A stretch of 64,000 nt of DNA. Source: Klebsormidium nitens (taxonomy: Eukaryota > Plantae > Klebsormidiophyceae). The stretch is from positions 1 through 64,000 of the forward strand of contig DF237007.1 in assembly GCA_000708835.1 (NCBI GenBank). Direction: 5' to 3'. This document shows, in pieces, positions 12,545 through 25,800 of the stretch (within the stretch, counting starts at the first letter, position 1; each line of letters begins with the position of its first letter). Made by a program: the position numbers and the translations under genes. A model generated the notes under the pieces. The model saw only the letters and a list, made by a program, of their open reading frames with translations, was not told the origin of the DNA and did not search any database.

Positions 12545-15500
12545 CTATAAGTAAGTGTTGTACACTCGCATGATATCGTCCTTGCCTGCCCTCACGGGAA
12601 TGCTTCCGTGGCTGAAAATGATCCATGAGAAGTCCAGCTTGGAAAGAGCATTGCAGAACGCCTGCAAGGGGGACACCAGAGGGTTACACGTAACCAAACT
12701 CCTTACGAAGATTCAAACAGTTCCTCAAGCGCCAATCAATCATTTGACAACTCAAAACCAGAGCACTAAATACTACTCGCACCCCTAAACCGCCGGAACG
12801 ATAACCACGGAAAGATGCCACATACAGGGATTGCTCCCCAGAAATAGGGATTAGCGGTCATTTGCGAATGGCCTCGATCAAGGATTCGAACAAAAGCTCC
12901 TTTTGCTGTACCCGTGGGACGTTGCAAGCAAGCAAACAGAAGGGACAACGCAGCAAGAGGTCAGATAGCGAACCTTTGCAGCCTCCGGATACTTGCCCAG
13001 GTACAGTCTGAATGGGATTAGCATGCCAAGCTCTTTGCGCACGCCCAAACTCTGCGAAACGTAAGATGTGACGTCAGCATTGATACCCGAGAAGAACGGC
13101 TCCGGACAAGCTAAAGTTGTAGAAGTAGCAGTGGAAGAACACAACAAGAGCGGCGACATCGAGGGCGAAACATGAAGAGGCGCGGCTAATGCCACACCTT
13201 CACCCAATGTCGTCAGTTGCTTTGTGCAACGTTCGCTTCTACCCTTCCGCTATCCGTTATACACCGGAAGAACACCTCAGCTACTGTTCCAGAGGGGGGG
13301 AAAAGTCCCACTTTTAAGCCACGCGAAAGAGGTTGTAGATTCCAAGCACTGATTCGCTGAAACACTCTTGAAGGCAATCTGAACCTCTCTACAAGCCAGC
13401 CGCTGACGATCACCGCCAGCCTTACGAATGCCACTCGAAAGAAGGAAGATCAAGCGGATCCGTGGGGCCGGGTAGAAATCCCGCGGCGAACGACGACTCT
13501 ACTAAAAGCGTCGAGACATTAGATCTGACTTTTGAGGATCCCTGCAGCAGCGCGAGTTCACTTGACACTGACACAAAGAGTAACTCTGTCAGCGAGTCTC
13601 TCTCCGCCCACCTGTGCCATGAACTTGTTGATCCCGGTCGGCAGTTGCTCGTCGTCTAGACACACCAGCATATCCGCCACGATTAAGGCCTTCTCCCGTG
13701 TATGGAAGAAGAGGTCCTCTTGAAATTCACCGTTAGCGCCAGTGCTGAACGTTACCGCCTGGAGGACGCTCGCCCAGGCTGGGGGTACCTGAAGGAGGGT
13801 TAGCGAGGTTGGTCAAGCTTAACGAGGTTTCGCGGCAATCTCTTAAGTCCTTTTGAAACTCGTCGTTGGCCCCGGTGCTGAACGTTACCGCCTGAAGGAC
13901 GCTCGCCCGGGCCGGGGGTGCCTGGGGGAGGATTAGCAACGTCGGTTAAGCTCAATTTGGGTCTGGAAAGATCTCTGCTTTGCAGAAGCAAGTGCTCTTG
14001 AACTTTACACTCAATATTTAGGCCTGTAGAACGGATGTCCAAGGTGAAGGTATCTCGAAGGGTATAGACGTCTCGCAAAATATCAGGACTTCACAAGATT
14101 GGGGTCTCGAAACGTCTTCGCTCTTAAAGCTTCTGCCCACGTTCTGGTCTCGCCGAAAACTCGCAGCAGTCTCTCTTTGATTCATAATGTGGTGAATAGA
14201 AGGCCCAACTTCTTTTGAAACTAAGGGCCTTCAGGAGAATTATACTAGCCAGCCTATCCCCAATTCACCCCTTGCGAATCGCAAATTTGAAGCTTCAAGA
14301 CTGCTTCTGGAAGATCTCCTTGAGGGTTCAACAGGCCCCGTTTTGTGTATGTCAGACCCGAAAAGCTCAGAGGTCGCTCTTCTGCATCGACGCCCCTTGA
14401 TAGAACGAGGAGTCTTTCACAGTGACACTCTGTTAGTCTCACGCAAAGACTCAAGGGGCAGACAATCGTCTTATCTACCCAAGCCCTTGACGCCGCTCCC
14501 GTTTTTGATATCAAGTTCGAAACGGCTCAGATATCGACTCCTGGATTGAATTTGATTGCACGCATTGGCGTTTCAAACAGGCTGTTCGCACTTGTTGAGC
14601 CGGCGGGAATTCATTCTATGCTTCGAAGGAAGCGAGTTCGGAGAGCTTTTGACATTGCAGATTCTCACCTGACTCTTTTCCAACCCGTGAACTTGCCGCC
14701 CCAGTCTTTGGCTCAGTTTTTGGACGATGCGGACGGGAGCGTACCACCGGGCGTCCGGGAACCGGTCGGCCCAGCCTTTGCTGAACCAGGCATGCTCGGG
14801 GGACGTGTTCGGGACGACTATGTGAGCAACTTGGCCGCCAAGAGATGTTACCAGTTCCGCACATTCTTCCGTGAGGGCTGTCAGGGTTGAGAGAAGGAAA
14901 AGTTCAGAGGTTCGCAAACGTGGACAGGTTTTGGAAGTACGTATTACAGGCCACTTTTCAAAAGGAAGACAACGTATGGATTTTGTTGACTCAACTCCCA
15001 TGTGGTCTGTGGAAGTCTTCCGGAAGCGCTCATCAGATTCAGGTCAGACTTTCTCCATGAATACACCGTGCCCGATGCAATGATATTGTCTTAACAATAG
15101 AAAAGGGAATTTAGGCAATCACACTATCAGTGGTGGTGCCTGATCATATTCCGTGTACCTAGGCAGCGTTACCTTCTGTTTAACTCGCGCAGAGCCATCC
15201 GCCAACGGTATTGTCAGCAGGCTGTGACCGAGTCTGTTCTTGCTAGTTTGTGATGGCCCCCTCAGCTACAATCCCTCCAGATCAACAGTTCAGACTATTG
15301 TGTTGTTGTAAACGACCGCCGGTCCCCTGAGAAAATATACTTAGGGGGGCTTGCAAGGGTTGGCAGGAAGGCCATGTTCTCCGACCCTCTGCCTAAAAAT
15401 TATATTGCAAGCAAGACTCAAGTCAGAGATACAGACAAGGAAGAACGAGAGCTTACCTACGGGACTGTGCACCCACAGGGTTCCATCCTCCAACTGCACA

Positions 15501-16858
15501 ACTGTCGCCCTTAACCCTGCAAACGCAATACTCTATTCAGTATGATATGAAAAGGGCACTACTCGCGCGCAACAGCCTTTTCAAAGAGGGGAGAAACATC
15601 CCTATGAAACCCAGGAGATCCAGAGCCACTTTGTGTCGACAGAGGGTGCCTGCACCAGATTCGCCCTCCTCGTTCAAATTGAACCTTCTCGCGCCTCTCG
15701 ACAGGCTGCGCCCACTTTCAAAGTAATTTAGTATTCCTCCTTGAGAAGTACTATAATTGCTTTATGGGAGACAGAAACGAGCTACAGAAGTAGGCTGAAG
15801 CTTGAAAGGAACCATTCTTCGCATGGCAGAATTACGAAGCAACCAGTCTCATTGTGAGAAAGAATTGGTTCTCCAGAGAATGCTCGGATGATGCTCTGAA
15901 GAGAGGGGCCGAGTCCCTTTATGAAAGAAAGCGAGAAAAGCCTGAGGTGACATAAGCACCTGGCATCAGCTGCGAGTTCACAGCCTTTAGCATCTATTAT
16001 TGCTTACTTGCATCTGCAAAGCGTCCGAAGCCCAATTGGAACGGCTGCGTGAGCGTCCAAATGCCGTCCGCTTCTTTCCTGAGGACTGTCTCTCTTGAGA
16101 ACCACGGCTGTGTATAGTGCAGATACTTCCTTTTCTCCTTCAGAGTCTTTGGATCTTGCACCGCCGGTTTGGAATTCGTCTCTTGATCAGTACTCGCTAC
16201 AGCCTGGAGTTGCAATCCTTTGCATTTACGCTGTGTCAAAGCGGGCAGGACTCCCTGCAAGAATAGTGATACAGCGTCAGGATCAGAAGGACTGACATTG
16301 AAGAGATATGCCGTTCTTGACGAACGGTTTCCGACCGCGGTCTGCATTTGACGCAGGCCTGCTTCGCAACCGTACAATCAACATAATTTCGGGCGATGTG
16401 GCAAGTAATCCGTAGTCACCAGAGCAGAGTGGTCGGGAAAAGGAGTTGATACTCTCGCAATCTGAAGGAGCAGGCTCTTCATTCTGTGGCTGAGGCCTCA
16501 AAACGTCACTTTCTAACATTCATACGGAATTATGGTTCAGAAGGATGGGGGAGTCAGCAACAGAGCGTGGTTGGATCTCCTTCACTCTGCATCTTGCCAA
16601 CTAGAGCAGCTGAGGGCCGAGAGTGACGCCCAACCAGTGAGCTCTCTGAAATTTCAAGCACCACCAATATATGTGAAACAGCAGTACCTGAAACTGTTGC
16701 CTGCTATAAGTAAAGGTGCGTTGTAGTCGAATCTGCCGTTTGCCAAGCAATGCAGCCGCATTGGATGAGCAGTCTCTAGTGCTTTTTAAATGATGGAGAT
16801 CACCTCCTAAACTGAAAGGAACTGTGGTCTGCTTGGTTAAGCAACCTGCGTCAGCCAT
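12545..16858 (-). CDS. DUF4336-family protein, probably plastid-targeted, about 7-8 exons
   Basis: Motifs in order: GIWTLTQPF (~16050), LRATVVQLEDGTLWVHSPVALTEEC (15518-15460 joined to 14877), HIVVPNTSPEHAWFSKGWADRFPDARWYAP (~14800), EFQEDLFFHTREKALIVADMLV (~13700), LDFSWIIFSHG...YNTYL* (12661-12545). The putative first exon 16858-16688 resembles a transit peptide. One internal exon (14.2-14.4 kb) is unresolved. Confidence 0.75.
13712..13955 (-). repeat. Tandem duplication (133-bp offset) spanning a DUF4336 splice acceptor and exon start
   Basis: 13845-13955 aligns with 13712-13822; both copies read ...cag|GCGGTAACGTTCAGCAC (AVTFST) on the minus strand. Confidence 0.85.
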
Positions 16859-17442
16859 TGTGCCAACGTCGTTGAAAACATAAAAAGCAATCTAGAAGAC
16901 TAAACTCAATGCAGCTAGTTTGAGCATCGTTCAGCTAGCCACAGCTTGCTGACCAGCTAGACACAACCTTCTGAAGGCAATGAAAGCGGAACCCCTGATC
17001 TCCTCTGTTCCCTGTGATCCGGATGCTCTTGATCAGTTCCTTTCGAGTCTTGCTGGGTTTGAAATCATTTCTTTTAGGGCAATAAAATTTCCGGCCAGGC
17101 GAAAGTCAACGCTTCAGTATTCAACGCCTTCCGAAGCGGCCACGTCGTCGTGCTTGCCATGCGAGCGCTGCAAATTCGGCCACGTGGTCCAGTTTGAGCC
17201 CCTACCTAGCCATGGGGATCCCCTGCTGCACACAGGGCTTCAAGCTTGCTGCATTCAAACCTACCTGCTCAATCAAACATCTCTCCAAAACTGGCGTTGC
17301 AGAGGTCGGATTGCAGAGGAACATTGATTGCGCAGCGCGTTCTGACTCTGTGCTGAAGACTTTGCTGATCTCCTACCCAGAACTGGTGCGTACCAACGTC
17401 GTTGCTGTCCAAGAACCGATTAGCGTGAACATTGCTTGTACG
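16859..17442. promoter_or_regulatory. Short divergent (head-to-head) intergenic region, likely bidirectional promoter
   Basis: About 585 bp between inferred start codons of the DUF4336 gene (-) and the NTF2-like gene (+); no specific motif identified. Confidence 0.4.
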
Positions 17443-20400
17443 ATGGCTTCTGCGACGGCCATTCTTTCAAATAGCAGCTGCCTACTCAGTGGATTAACGC
17501 GGCGAACAGAAAAGAGGGCGCAAGGCTTCCTCAATGCAGCAGCCCCCGTGGTTGGATTGGGCCAGCAATGTTACAGACGCAAGCAGCTGCTGGTAATCAG
17601 ATGACTTCTTACAGCCCCTTTCTGAGTCAGAGCCCTGCAAGTTTCCATACCAATCCATTGTAGCGTGTCACTGATGCAACATTTTATATCTAAAACTTGC
17701 ATTTGTCTGCTTGACACCTGGTTGCTACGACATCCAATCTGCCAGCTTGCTTCAAAGCAGTTTCTGCGCCTAGACGATCATAGTCTATTTCTTGAAAGTT
17801 CTTCAAGGTCGCATACTCCTGCACGGTCATCACATTGCCTGAAGGCTATGGCACCACTGCACCTACTTTCCTCAGTTTTGGCTGCCACTTCCGAGACAAG
17901 ATTCACCAGTCTACATATACTCTGAAGACCCCCATGCTTAATCAGGCGGTCGGAGAGTGTTGACACCGAGACAGCGACCCTTGCATCAGCTGAACTTTTG
18001 GGTCTTGGTACAGCTGCTTCTGCTGTCCGCTTATGGTGCGTCATGCATTCACCAAAGAAAAAAATTTCAACGCCTCGTCTCCCTTCTTCTTGCAGCATTC
18101 TTTCAACCCACTTTCTAAACCACCAACAGCCCCTGCCCGTCACGGCCCATGTGTCCGTGCCCAGAGCACAGCGGGGGTGGCCACAAAGAAGGCTGTGAGC
18201 ACAAAGCTCGAGGAAAAGCCGTCCACCCTTCCTGAGGAGCAATTGATCGAGCTAGCCAAGAAAGTGCTCAACGCAAATAACGTGAGTGTAGAGTGACAGA
18301 TAACAAGCTCGGCTTAGTTTCTTCCTCCCATTATCCCTTACGTTTCCATCCCAAAAGGGCTCAGGCGGGTGATGCATAGGGACGCTTCTAAAGGTGACAA
18401 ATCAAGACGCCAAGGGAACGGGAAGCAAAACTTGAATCAAAGTAACGAGGATGGCTTGCTTGCTTAGGGAATGGACGAAGTAAGCTGTTTTGCCTCTTGC
18501 ATATGCATGTTTCCCACAGGAAGCATCCCCTCTGTATGCAGGGCTTGGACGACCCTTCCCTTTTGGCCGACGGCTTTTACTTTGCGGCGCCCATCATCTA
18601 CCTACAGAAGAATGAGTTTCTTCAAGCACTGGGCCGGTTCAGTGTCAAGGACGCCTTCCCTGGTGCGCACTTTCAGCCACCTCCACTTTGACTCAGGAAC
18701 ATCGTCTAACTCGAAGACTGCTAGTTCACTCATACTGGAGAATATTTGCAAAGCAAGGGAACTGTCCTGAAAGATTGTGATGAAACACGTTTGAATCCCG
18801 TCACAGATTGTGCTCTGCAGCAAAGGAAAGCGACGCGTGTCGCCCGTGCCGCTTATGTTCTGATGATAAGCTCCCTCCCTCTTTCTGATGTCCTGCTAAG
18901 TTTGTTGGTTTACACTTTCTTTTCTTTGAGAGCTGTTGTGCTTTGCAACCGGACTGCTCTCGGTTTGAGAGCTCTTGTGCTTTGCAATCGTGACTGCTCT
19001 CGGTTTCCACTCTTGGAAACATTGACAATTCTTTCCCCCTTTCTTCCTGTAGATTTGGAGCCGAACGCATTTGGCTTCTCGGTCGATCCATACGAGCCCA
19101 ATCGAGTGTGGTTCTTTACGCGCTCGCGCGCAACACACACGGGGGTCCTGAATTTCGGCTCCCCTACCCCGCCAACTTTCACGGTATGTTTAAACACGAG
19201 TCACATGGGTCTTCCTCTGGGATAGATGGAAATGCGGCCTATGCTAGTGAAAGGCTGCTCTTGCGATGGCACTCACGATTTTGCTATCCACGGACTTACC
19301 CTTGCACCAGTGATATTTGTTCGAGTTTCGATTTTCCACCCTCATGTCTTCAACTGAGTTTCTGCTTCTTGTAGATTGAGGGTTGCGCTGGTTAATGAGA
19401 GTCTGCAAAAGACGTACGAACGCATCCAGTAATCTGCTCTCCTCTGGGTGCACATTCTGCAGATTACCAGCTTTAAGGGTCTGCTTTGTCTTTATTTTGG
19501 CAGACGGGAGGCAGCGTCTCTGTAGTATTTGTCAAACTAACCCTTCAGGTAATTCACTCCTCAAATTCTCTGCGCTTTCAAAAGGCCAAACGCCTCATGT
19601 TGTTCGTCGGCTCGCTACCTTCCTCCCCAAGCAATCATAGCCGAACGCATAGAAACCTCATCTTTGCAGCGCGTCGAATCCCCGCCAGAAGTCTCATCGA
19701 TCACCTTCAACAATGAAGGCAAGGCCACCAGACTAACCGCGGGTTACGTTGTTGATAGACGGTAAGCAGGCTCGCTTAACGCTCACATTCCCGAATCATC
19801 AAGAGCTAAGATTCAGCAGACGTTCTCCCCCCAGCTTCTGGCTTGAAAAGCAGATTGATTGATTTTGCTCCTCCTGTGGTGGAAGCATTTTTGTCCTCCG
19901 GCTAGGTACGCCCTGTCCCGCTGAAAGCAGGTAAATACAATTTTCGAGTTTTGAGTCTGAAAGGTCGCCGAGTTGTCAGGGAACGGTGGCAGCTGAATGT
20001 AGAGAGCGACCACGGCAGTGGCGGACCTGCCAATATGTCGCCGAAGATGGAGCCAGATTTGACGTGGAATGAGAATCACCAGTGGTCACAACGCGGGCGA
20101 ATATATTTTGATTCTCAACGGGATGAGAGAAAGAAACGAGCTACGTAGTTCCGTGTGTCCCGAGTTCTGCTCTAGCTTCAGCGCTTCATTTTTGTAAGAG
20201 AAGAATGTTGATGACATCTTAACATTTTCATGATTTCGTGCGTTCTGGTCCAAATAAGCTACTCAGGGGCCATCGAATATCACGTCTTCACTGTTTGGTA
20301 CACCGCCGCAGTCTCTGGTTCTCCTGCTCAAAGCTTGACCCCTAAAGCTCACCAACTCTCACATCCCGTCAAGCACAAAGCGTTTCAGCAGCCATCTTTC

Positions 20401-21690
20401 TCTGACGCGCCCTCGCATCTGCAGAACGGGTAATACCGGGGGTCTCGGCGCGTTGTTCGGCATCCTGTGAGTTCTTCGCCCCGCCTTTTTCTTGACTTTC
20501 AGTATCTGCCTTCCATCTCACCTGCAGACGCTCAACTGGCATTGTGGCAACTCTCTTGTCTCGCAAGGGGCTTGTCTAAACCCCGGGGGACGGGTAGGGT
20601 TGTTTTGGTGGTTAGGCTGGGTAGGGGTGCGGAGCGCGTAAGTTTTCTGGTTAGGGTTTTTGGTTTAAGTGCGGTTCTTCTGAATCTTAGTAGACAAGCC
20701 CCTTAGGGAACAAGGGAGTTGCCAGTACTCAACTGGCTCCCTTTTCTTCGAACGCCGTTGAATCTTTCCACGTGTATGCAAAAGGAAATCCCTAAGAGTG
20801 TGTCCAACTGGAAGCGAGAGAGCGAAGACTAACCCATCACTAACATCGTCCGAATCACTGAGTGGCTGAAGCGCATATGCGCAGAAGCTCGGGTCGGGCT
20901 TCATCCAGGCCAACCGTTCTCAGAGTCTTTTGCTACAAATCCCATCTTATTGAGAATCTCCATACTCGAGTATCTTGAAAGACTGACCCTTTAATACGAC
21001 GATTCGGTTGCAGATACGCTATTGGGGCCGCGCCACCGGTTCCTGAGTTCCAGCCTTACGAAAAGAGCTGGCAATTTGCGGTAGGTGGCTGAGCCCGTCG
21101 CTTTTTCACTTCTCGTCTCCGTTTCCGTGCTGCTCCCGGTCCCTTCTGTTCCGCTTTTTTGTGCTCCCCGGACTCATGAGCTACACTTTGTGTCCTACTC
21201 GTCCCAAACTTCTTCAAGTCGGAAAAACTTGTCCCCGATCACGCCGCCGTTTTTATCTTCCGAGCAAATGTTTCCAACACCGAAGGAAAGCTTTGCATGG
21301 TCTTGGATTATCCCTTGTAAACTCACGCCATTTTTTGAAAGTATGCCCGCGCTGGGAGTCAAAAAGCTTGGTCTTAGGATAGACGCTTGTGTGAGCTTCA
21401 GATGGCGCTAAAGTCTTTTGGTCATCCGTTGTGTGCAACCATTGGTGTCCAGCTGCCGAATTCAAGTTGGATGTCGAGGTGTTTACCTCTGGATCACGTT
21501 CTGCGACCACATTCTTATGTTGCAGCCCAGTCACTTTGCGAGTACGCTCTTTGAAAGCTCTTTGCGGTCCGTCCGGCACTCTACTGTCGTGGAAAGCGAC
21601 GCCCTCGCTTGATTGCTTACAGCACCTCTTTCTCTTCCGCTGCAGTTGTTCTCCAATATCCAGGGGCTTATGTCTAGATTCAAGAGATGA
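17443..21690 (+). CDS. Conserved uncharacterised algal protein with transit-peptide-like N-terminus and probable SnoaL/NTF2-like fold, 8 exons, about 277 aa
   Basis: Exons 17443-17592, 18096-18281, 18542-18662, 19053-19183, 19670-19761, 20425-20466, 21014-21080 and 21646-21690 are phase-compatible (834 nt). Motifs DPSLLADGFYFAAP, FSVDPYEPNRVWFFTRSRATHTG, VESPPEVSSITF and YVVDRRTGNTGGLGALFGILYAIG match a family I recall from diverse algae. Confidence 0.75.
18925..19006. repeat. Intronic tandem repeat, 2 x 39-40 bp
   Basis: tttgagagctgttgtgctttgcaaccggactgctctcgg followed by tttgagagctcttgtgctttgcaatcgtgactgctctcgg. Confidence 0.85.
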
Positions 21691-22846
21691 GCACGGCGGA
21701 TCGGTCCGGGCAGGATCGCTACTTTTGAACTACAGCCACGAGTATCTAGGCAACTTACGTGAATCATAAGGCTAGCGAGAGCTCCTACGAAAGATGTAGG
21801 GACTTGATGCGGCTTTGACGTCGGTGCTCTGTGCTGTAACTAGAATACCGGGAAACTCTACGAACCATGACACTTCGGTTTCTTCAAAACATAGAACAGC
21901 ATATGCATATTAACGTGGACAGCTACTGTAGAGAGCCGCTTTTCCAGCGCGGACGGTTCCTTTTCGCCTCGCGAATCTGCGGCGACCTTTATTGCGGTAC
22001 GTTGCCAATGACGTGCTTACAGTACAAGCCCAATTAAGAGATTCGAAGAATCGGCCTATGTACGTGTTACAATCGCACCTTTTCCATGTATCTAGCGGAT
22101 AGACAGAACTCACGAGCTGATTGATACCACTGCGGTTGGTACAAGAGACAGACGTATACGTGCCAGCGTGACATGTAACGACAAACAGCTGTTTGTAATT
22201 TTGGCGAGGGTCATTCCAAAGATGCCTGGATACATGTAGCTGCATTTTTGCAGAATCACTGTTTAAGAATACCGCGGGTAGCTTATATAGTGCGGCATAT
22301 GAGTTGAGCTAAGACACGTGCCTTATCATGCATGCATGTATCCTGCATAATTGTGCTCAAATCAAGTCGTCATGACGTCACGACATTCATGCCCACTCCA
22401 ATTCACTGACCTTGAAGATATGGAGGCGCTGGCGTGACGCGGAATGGTATATATGCGTTAGCTCCAACTGCCTGCATGGCCATTTGGACCTTAGCGGATC
22501 ATACCCGTAAGCTTACACGTTAAGCAATTCAGTGCGCCACCCGCTCGACCTTTGCCGTCCAGCGCCATGGTCTTCGACGTCTACAATGCAATTTGCCGGT
22601 CTAAACAAATGTTGCAGGAACTTTCACCACTTTCAAAACGCGCGCTGCCACTTCGAACCGGGCTGTCATTCAACCGCGACGTCTGTGTTGCGAAAGATGT
22701 AGATCCTTTCTAGACTGAGTGACCCGCATCCTTTACGCTAGACATGCGCCGAAGCGCGCGCCATTCAGTCCCACGATTTGAGACCGGCCCTCTTCCCAGA
22801 TTCTTTCTAGATCCTGGTTCAGCCGCTTGGCGGCCGCAAAACCCGC

Positions 22847-25800
22847 TTAGGCTCCCACCACCAGATCCGCAGGCCCCGGGCCGGTCTTGGTAATGAGTGG
22901 TCGGAAGCCTAGCTCTTCCACTGGGACGCCAAACTCAGTCAACTTCGACTCGTACACTCTGATCAGGTCGTTATGAGCCTGCAAGAAGACAAAGGATTGG
23001 CTCAGTCGCAGCAACATGGACTACGTCCTATGAATTCCGCGAAACCTCTTTTCTGATTGAGATTTCCAAAAAGATAGGCTTATCCTGCATTAGTGTCTCC
23101 AAGTTATCCTCGATCTTGACGCAAAGCAGGGAAGCCTACAGGTCTCCCAAATGCTCTTACACTCCCGTTGCGGGTTGTTGTTCCCTCTATGAAAGTGGTG
23201 GAAAACTTAAGTGATTGCCCGACTTTCGAGATGCAAACTTCGTTCACAAGAGGCAGGCTTCTGTGCTGCTTGTCCAATCGCCCGAGGCACTCGCCGAATT
23301 TGTGTAGGCCAACTTGATTGACTCCGAGAAAGTTCCTGAACAAATCTTCCATGCCATGTACCAGACCTACATTTTCAAGGGCCATCAAGGAAGAGTCAAA
23401 CACAAACGCAAACGATGTAGACACCGGCAGTGTACGTGAGCATACAATCTGAATGCGAAATGTTTTACGGAATGGGTACGATTGACTCGTGAGGCGCCCA
23501 CCTTAGACACCTTGGCGAGGTCGTATTGCAGCGCCTTGATGAGCTGGTTTTTGGACTCAAGCACGTCATCCAGCTTGTTGGTGACGTCTTCCAGCGTCCC
23601 GGGGTCCAGGTTCGACGCCGTCAGCACCTCCCCTAGCTGCGCCTCCTTCTTCTCCAGGGTCTCGGACAAAACCTGGAGGCGACACCAAAACGTTCAAGTG
23701 GGTGGAAAGTGGGCTGCGCCGATTTGCCACTGATAGTGGTTCAAACTCTTTTGAACCTGGAAAAAGGCACGAAAAACGAGTGGACCTTGCAACTTCAGAA
23801 AGATGATTCCAAGCCTCAGCCTGAAGCCTGTCTTGAACGTTCTGTCCATCCGTCCTCATAATGCAAACCCGTGAGCATTTCGTCACGATTTCGGCCCTTC
23901 AATCAGAGCGGCGATATGAACAAGCTGAGCCTTCCGATCGGTCAACTGCATCCTTACAGCGTACCACGTAAAGTTTTCGTCCGCCGTTACCGGAGTCAAC
24001 CCTGCCAGTTGAGCCCAACCTCACATCACCTGACCTAACCCAACTTATCGGTCCTGAACTGCTCAATCAAATTCCATTTCCAGCCATTCAAGGGCCCGGA
24101 TAGTCGGTGGGACGTTTCAAAGTCGAGGGTTTTGCGGCCCTCACCTGGACCTTCTCTTCTAGCAGCAGCGCCTTTCGATCGCATCCCGCATCAGTAGAAA
24201 ATAACTCGTGAAGTTGTTGGATCAAAATCTAACCCAGTGACTCTGAACTGTTGATTGTTTTTAACTCTGAGCCCTCGCAGTAATAAAGGCGTTCGAGGCC
24301 CTCACCTGGACCTTCTTTTCTAGCAGCAGCGCCTTGAGCCCGCTCCGCTGCTGCACGTCGTGAATGGACGACTCGAAGCGGGTGTACAGATCGTCGCGCT
24401 CGGATGACACCTGCGCCAGGATAAACGGGCTTAAGTATCTGTCCCTTGCATTGCTAACCACTCGTTCTCATGGAAGCGGCTTCTGGAGGTGGACTAAGTA
24501 AACAGAGCTTGAGTGGAAGAGGAAAGAACTGTGTTGACTCCAGTCCCTGGAAGCTGCTTGAAGCGCTATCCAACAGAAAGCGTCCATTGGTTCTTGTGAA
24601 ACATGATACACCGTGTTCCGAAGTTTTGACACAGATCTGGTTTTGTCCTGTTGCCAAACTTTCAAATCGATCTTCCGCTCACATCCCCCGACCTATTCAG
24701 CAAGCCATCACTTGAATCCCGGCAACCCGAAACCTGAATAGAAGGCCCTGTTGGAACATCTTTAAGGCGGGCGGTGTCCTCTTACCTGTCCGAACTTTTG
24801 CTCGAGGATCTCCTGCTCCCACTCCAGGTTCTTCAGCTTCTTCTCCGTGTCCACCAGCCGTGCCTTTGCCTGCTGCAGCGACGTCTTGTCCTGAAGAGGA
24901 AGAAGGAGCCGTTCAAATTTAGAATCTGTTCCAAATAGATAAGCTACTGTGCGCCCGTAATGTGGCACGGATTAGGAGCAAAAAGCTGGTTTGCATACGG
25001 ATACAACTTGTAAGCAGATTGAAAGCAGAGAGATCGGGGAACCTGGAACTTTCGAGTTCTCTCTTGTCGAACGGCGTCACTGTCGTACAGATATTCAGCT
25101 GTTTAGCTTAGCTTCGTGACATTCTCCACAAAAGTAGATTCTCATCACACGTTGGTCGGTTATCTCACCACAAAGAGTCCGCCGCTGACAACTGACCTTC
25201 AAACCCGAGACATTCAAGTTTGAGACGGGGCTCGAGCTCGCGAGATCGAGGAACTTTTATTGTAAATGAATATTTCTGTCTTTCCATTGGATGGCGCACC
25301 TTCTCGTAGCTAGCCAGCTGTTTCCGCAGCGTCTCGACCTCCTTGAGCGCTTTCGTCAGCGGCTCGCTCAGCCGCTTGTTCTCCTGCGCGATCTCGTACA
25401 TCAGCCGCTCGTTGCTCGCCTCCTTCTTCTTCATGTCAGCAACGTCCTCCTGCAGGGGGATCCCCCAGAAAGAGAACTTAAGTTGGCGAATGGCGAACCT
25501 AACGTGCTGTAAGCACGAAAGTCGGATGAGGTTCTTGGAAGCCAATCAACAAGCCAAAAGGAGTGTCTTTCTTTCCTTGCGCAATCTCGTTACGTCAGCG
25601 CTCGTTGCTCGCCTGCTTCTTCATGTGCGCCACGTCCTCCTGCAGGGAAAGAGCAGATCAGAGCGGCTTCTTATTGTCATCGTAAGTTCTGAGACGCTCG
25701 CACGACTCGCTTTTTCGTCAACTTTCCTTCCGCCCGCTGGCTCGACATACGGACTTCAGTCCCCACTGACACTTGCCAAGCCAACATCAGCGTAAGCGTC

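Noticed and set aside
12879-12889. GTTCGAATCC tRNA T-loop-like word on the minus strand
   Set aside because: No cloverleaf or acceptor stem around it; lies inside the DUF4336 gene
22222-22348. Short inverted match GGATACATG / CATGTATCC
   Set aside because: Only 9-13 bp in an ATGC-rich context, no target duplication; plausible by chance
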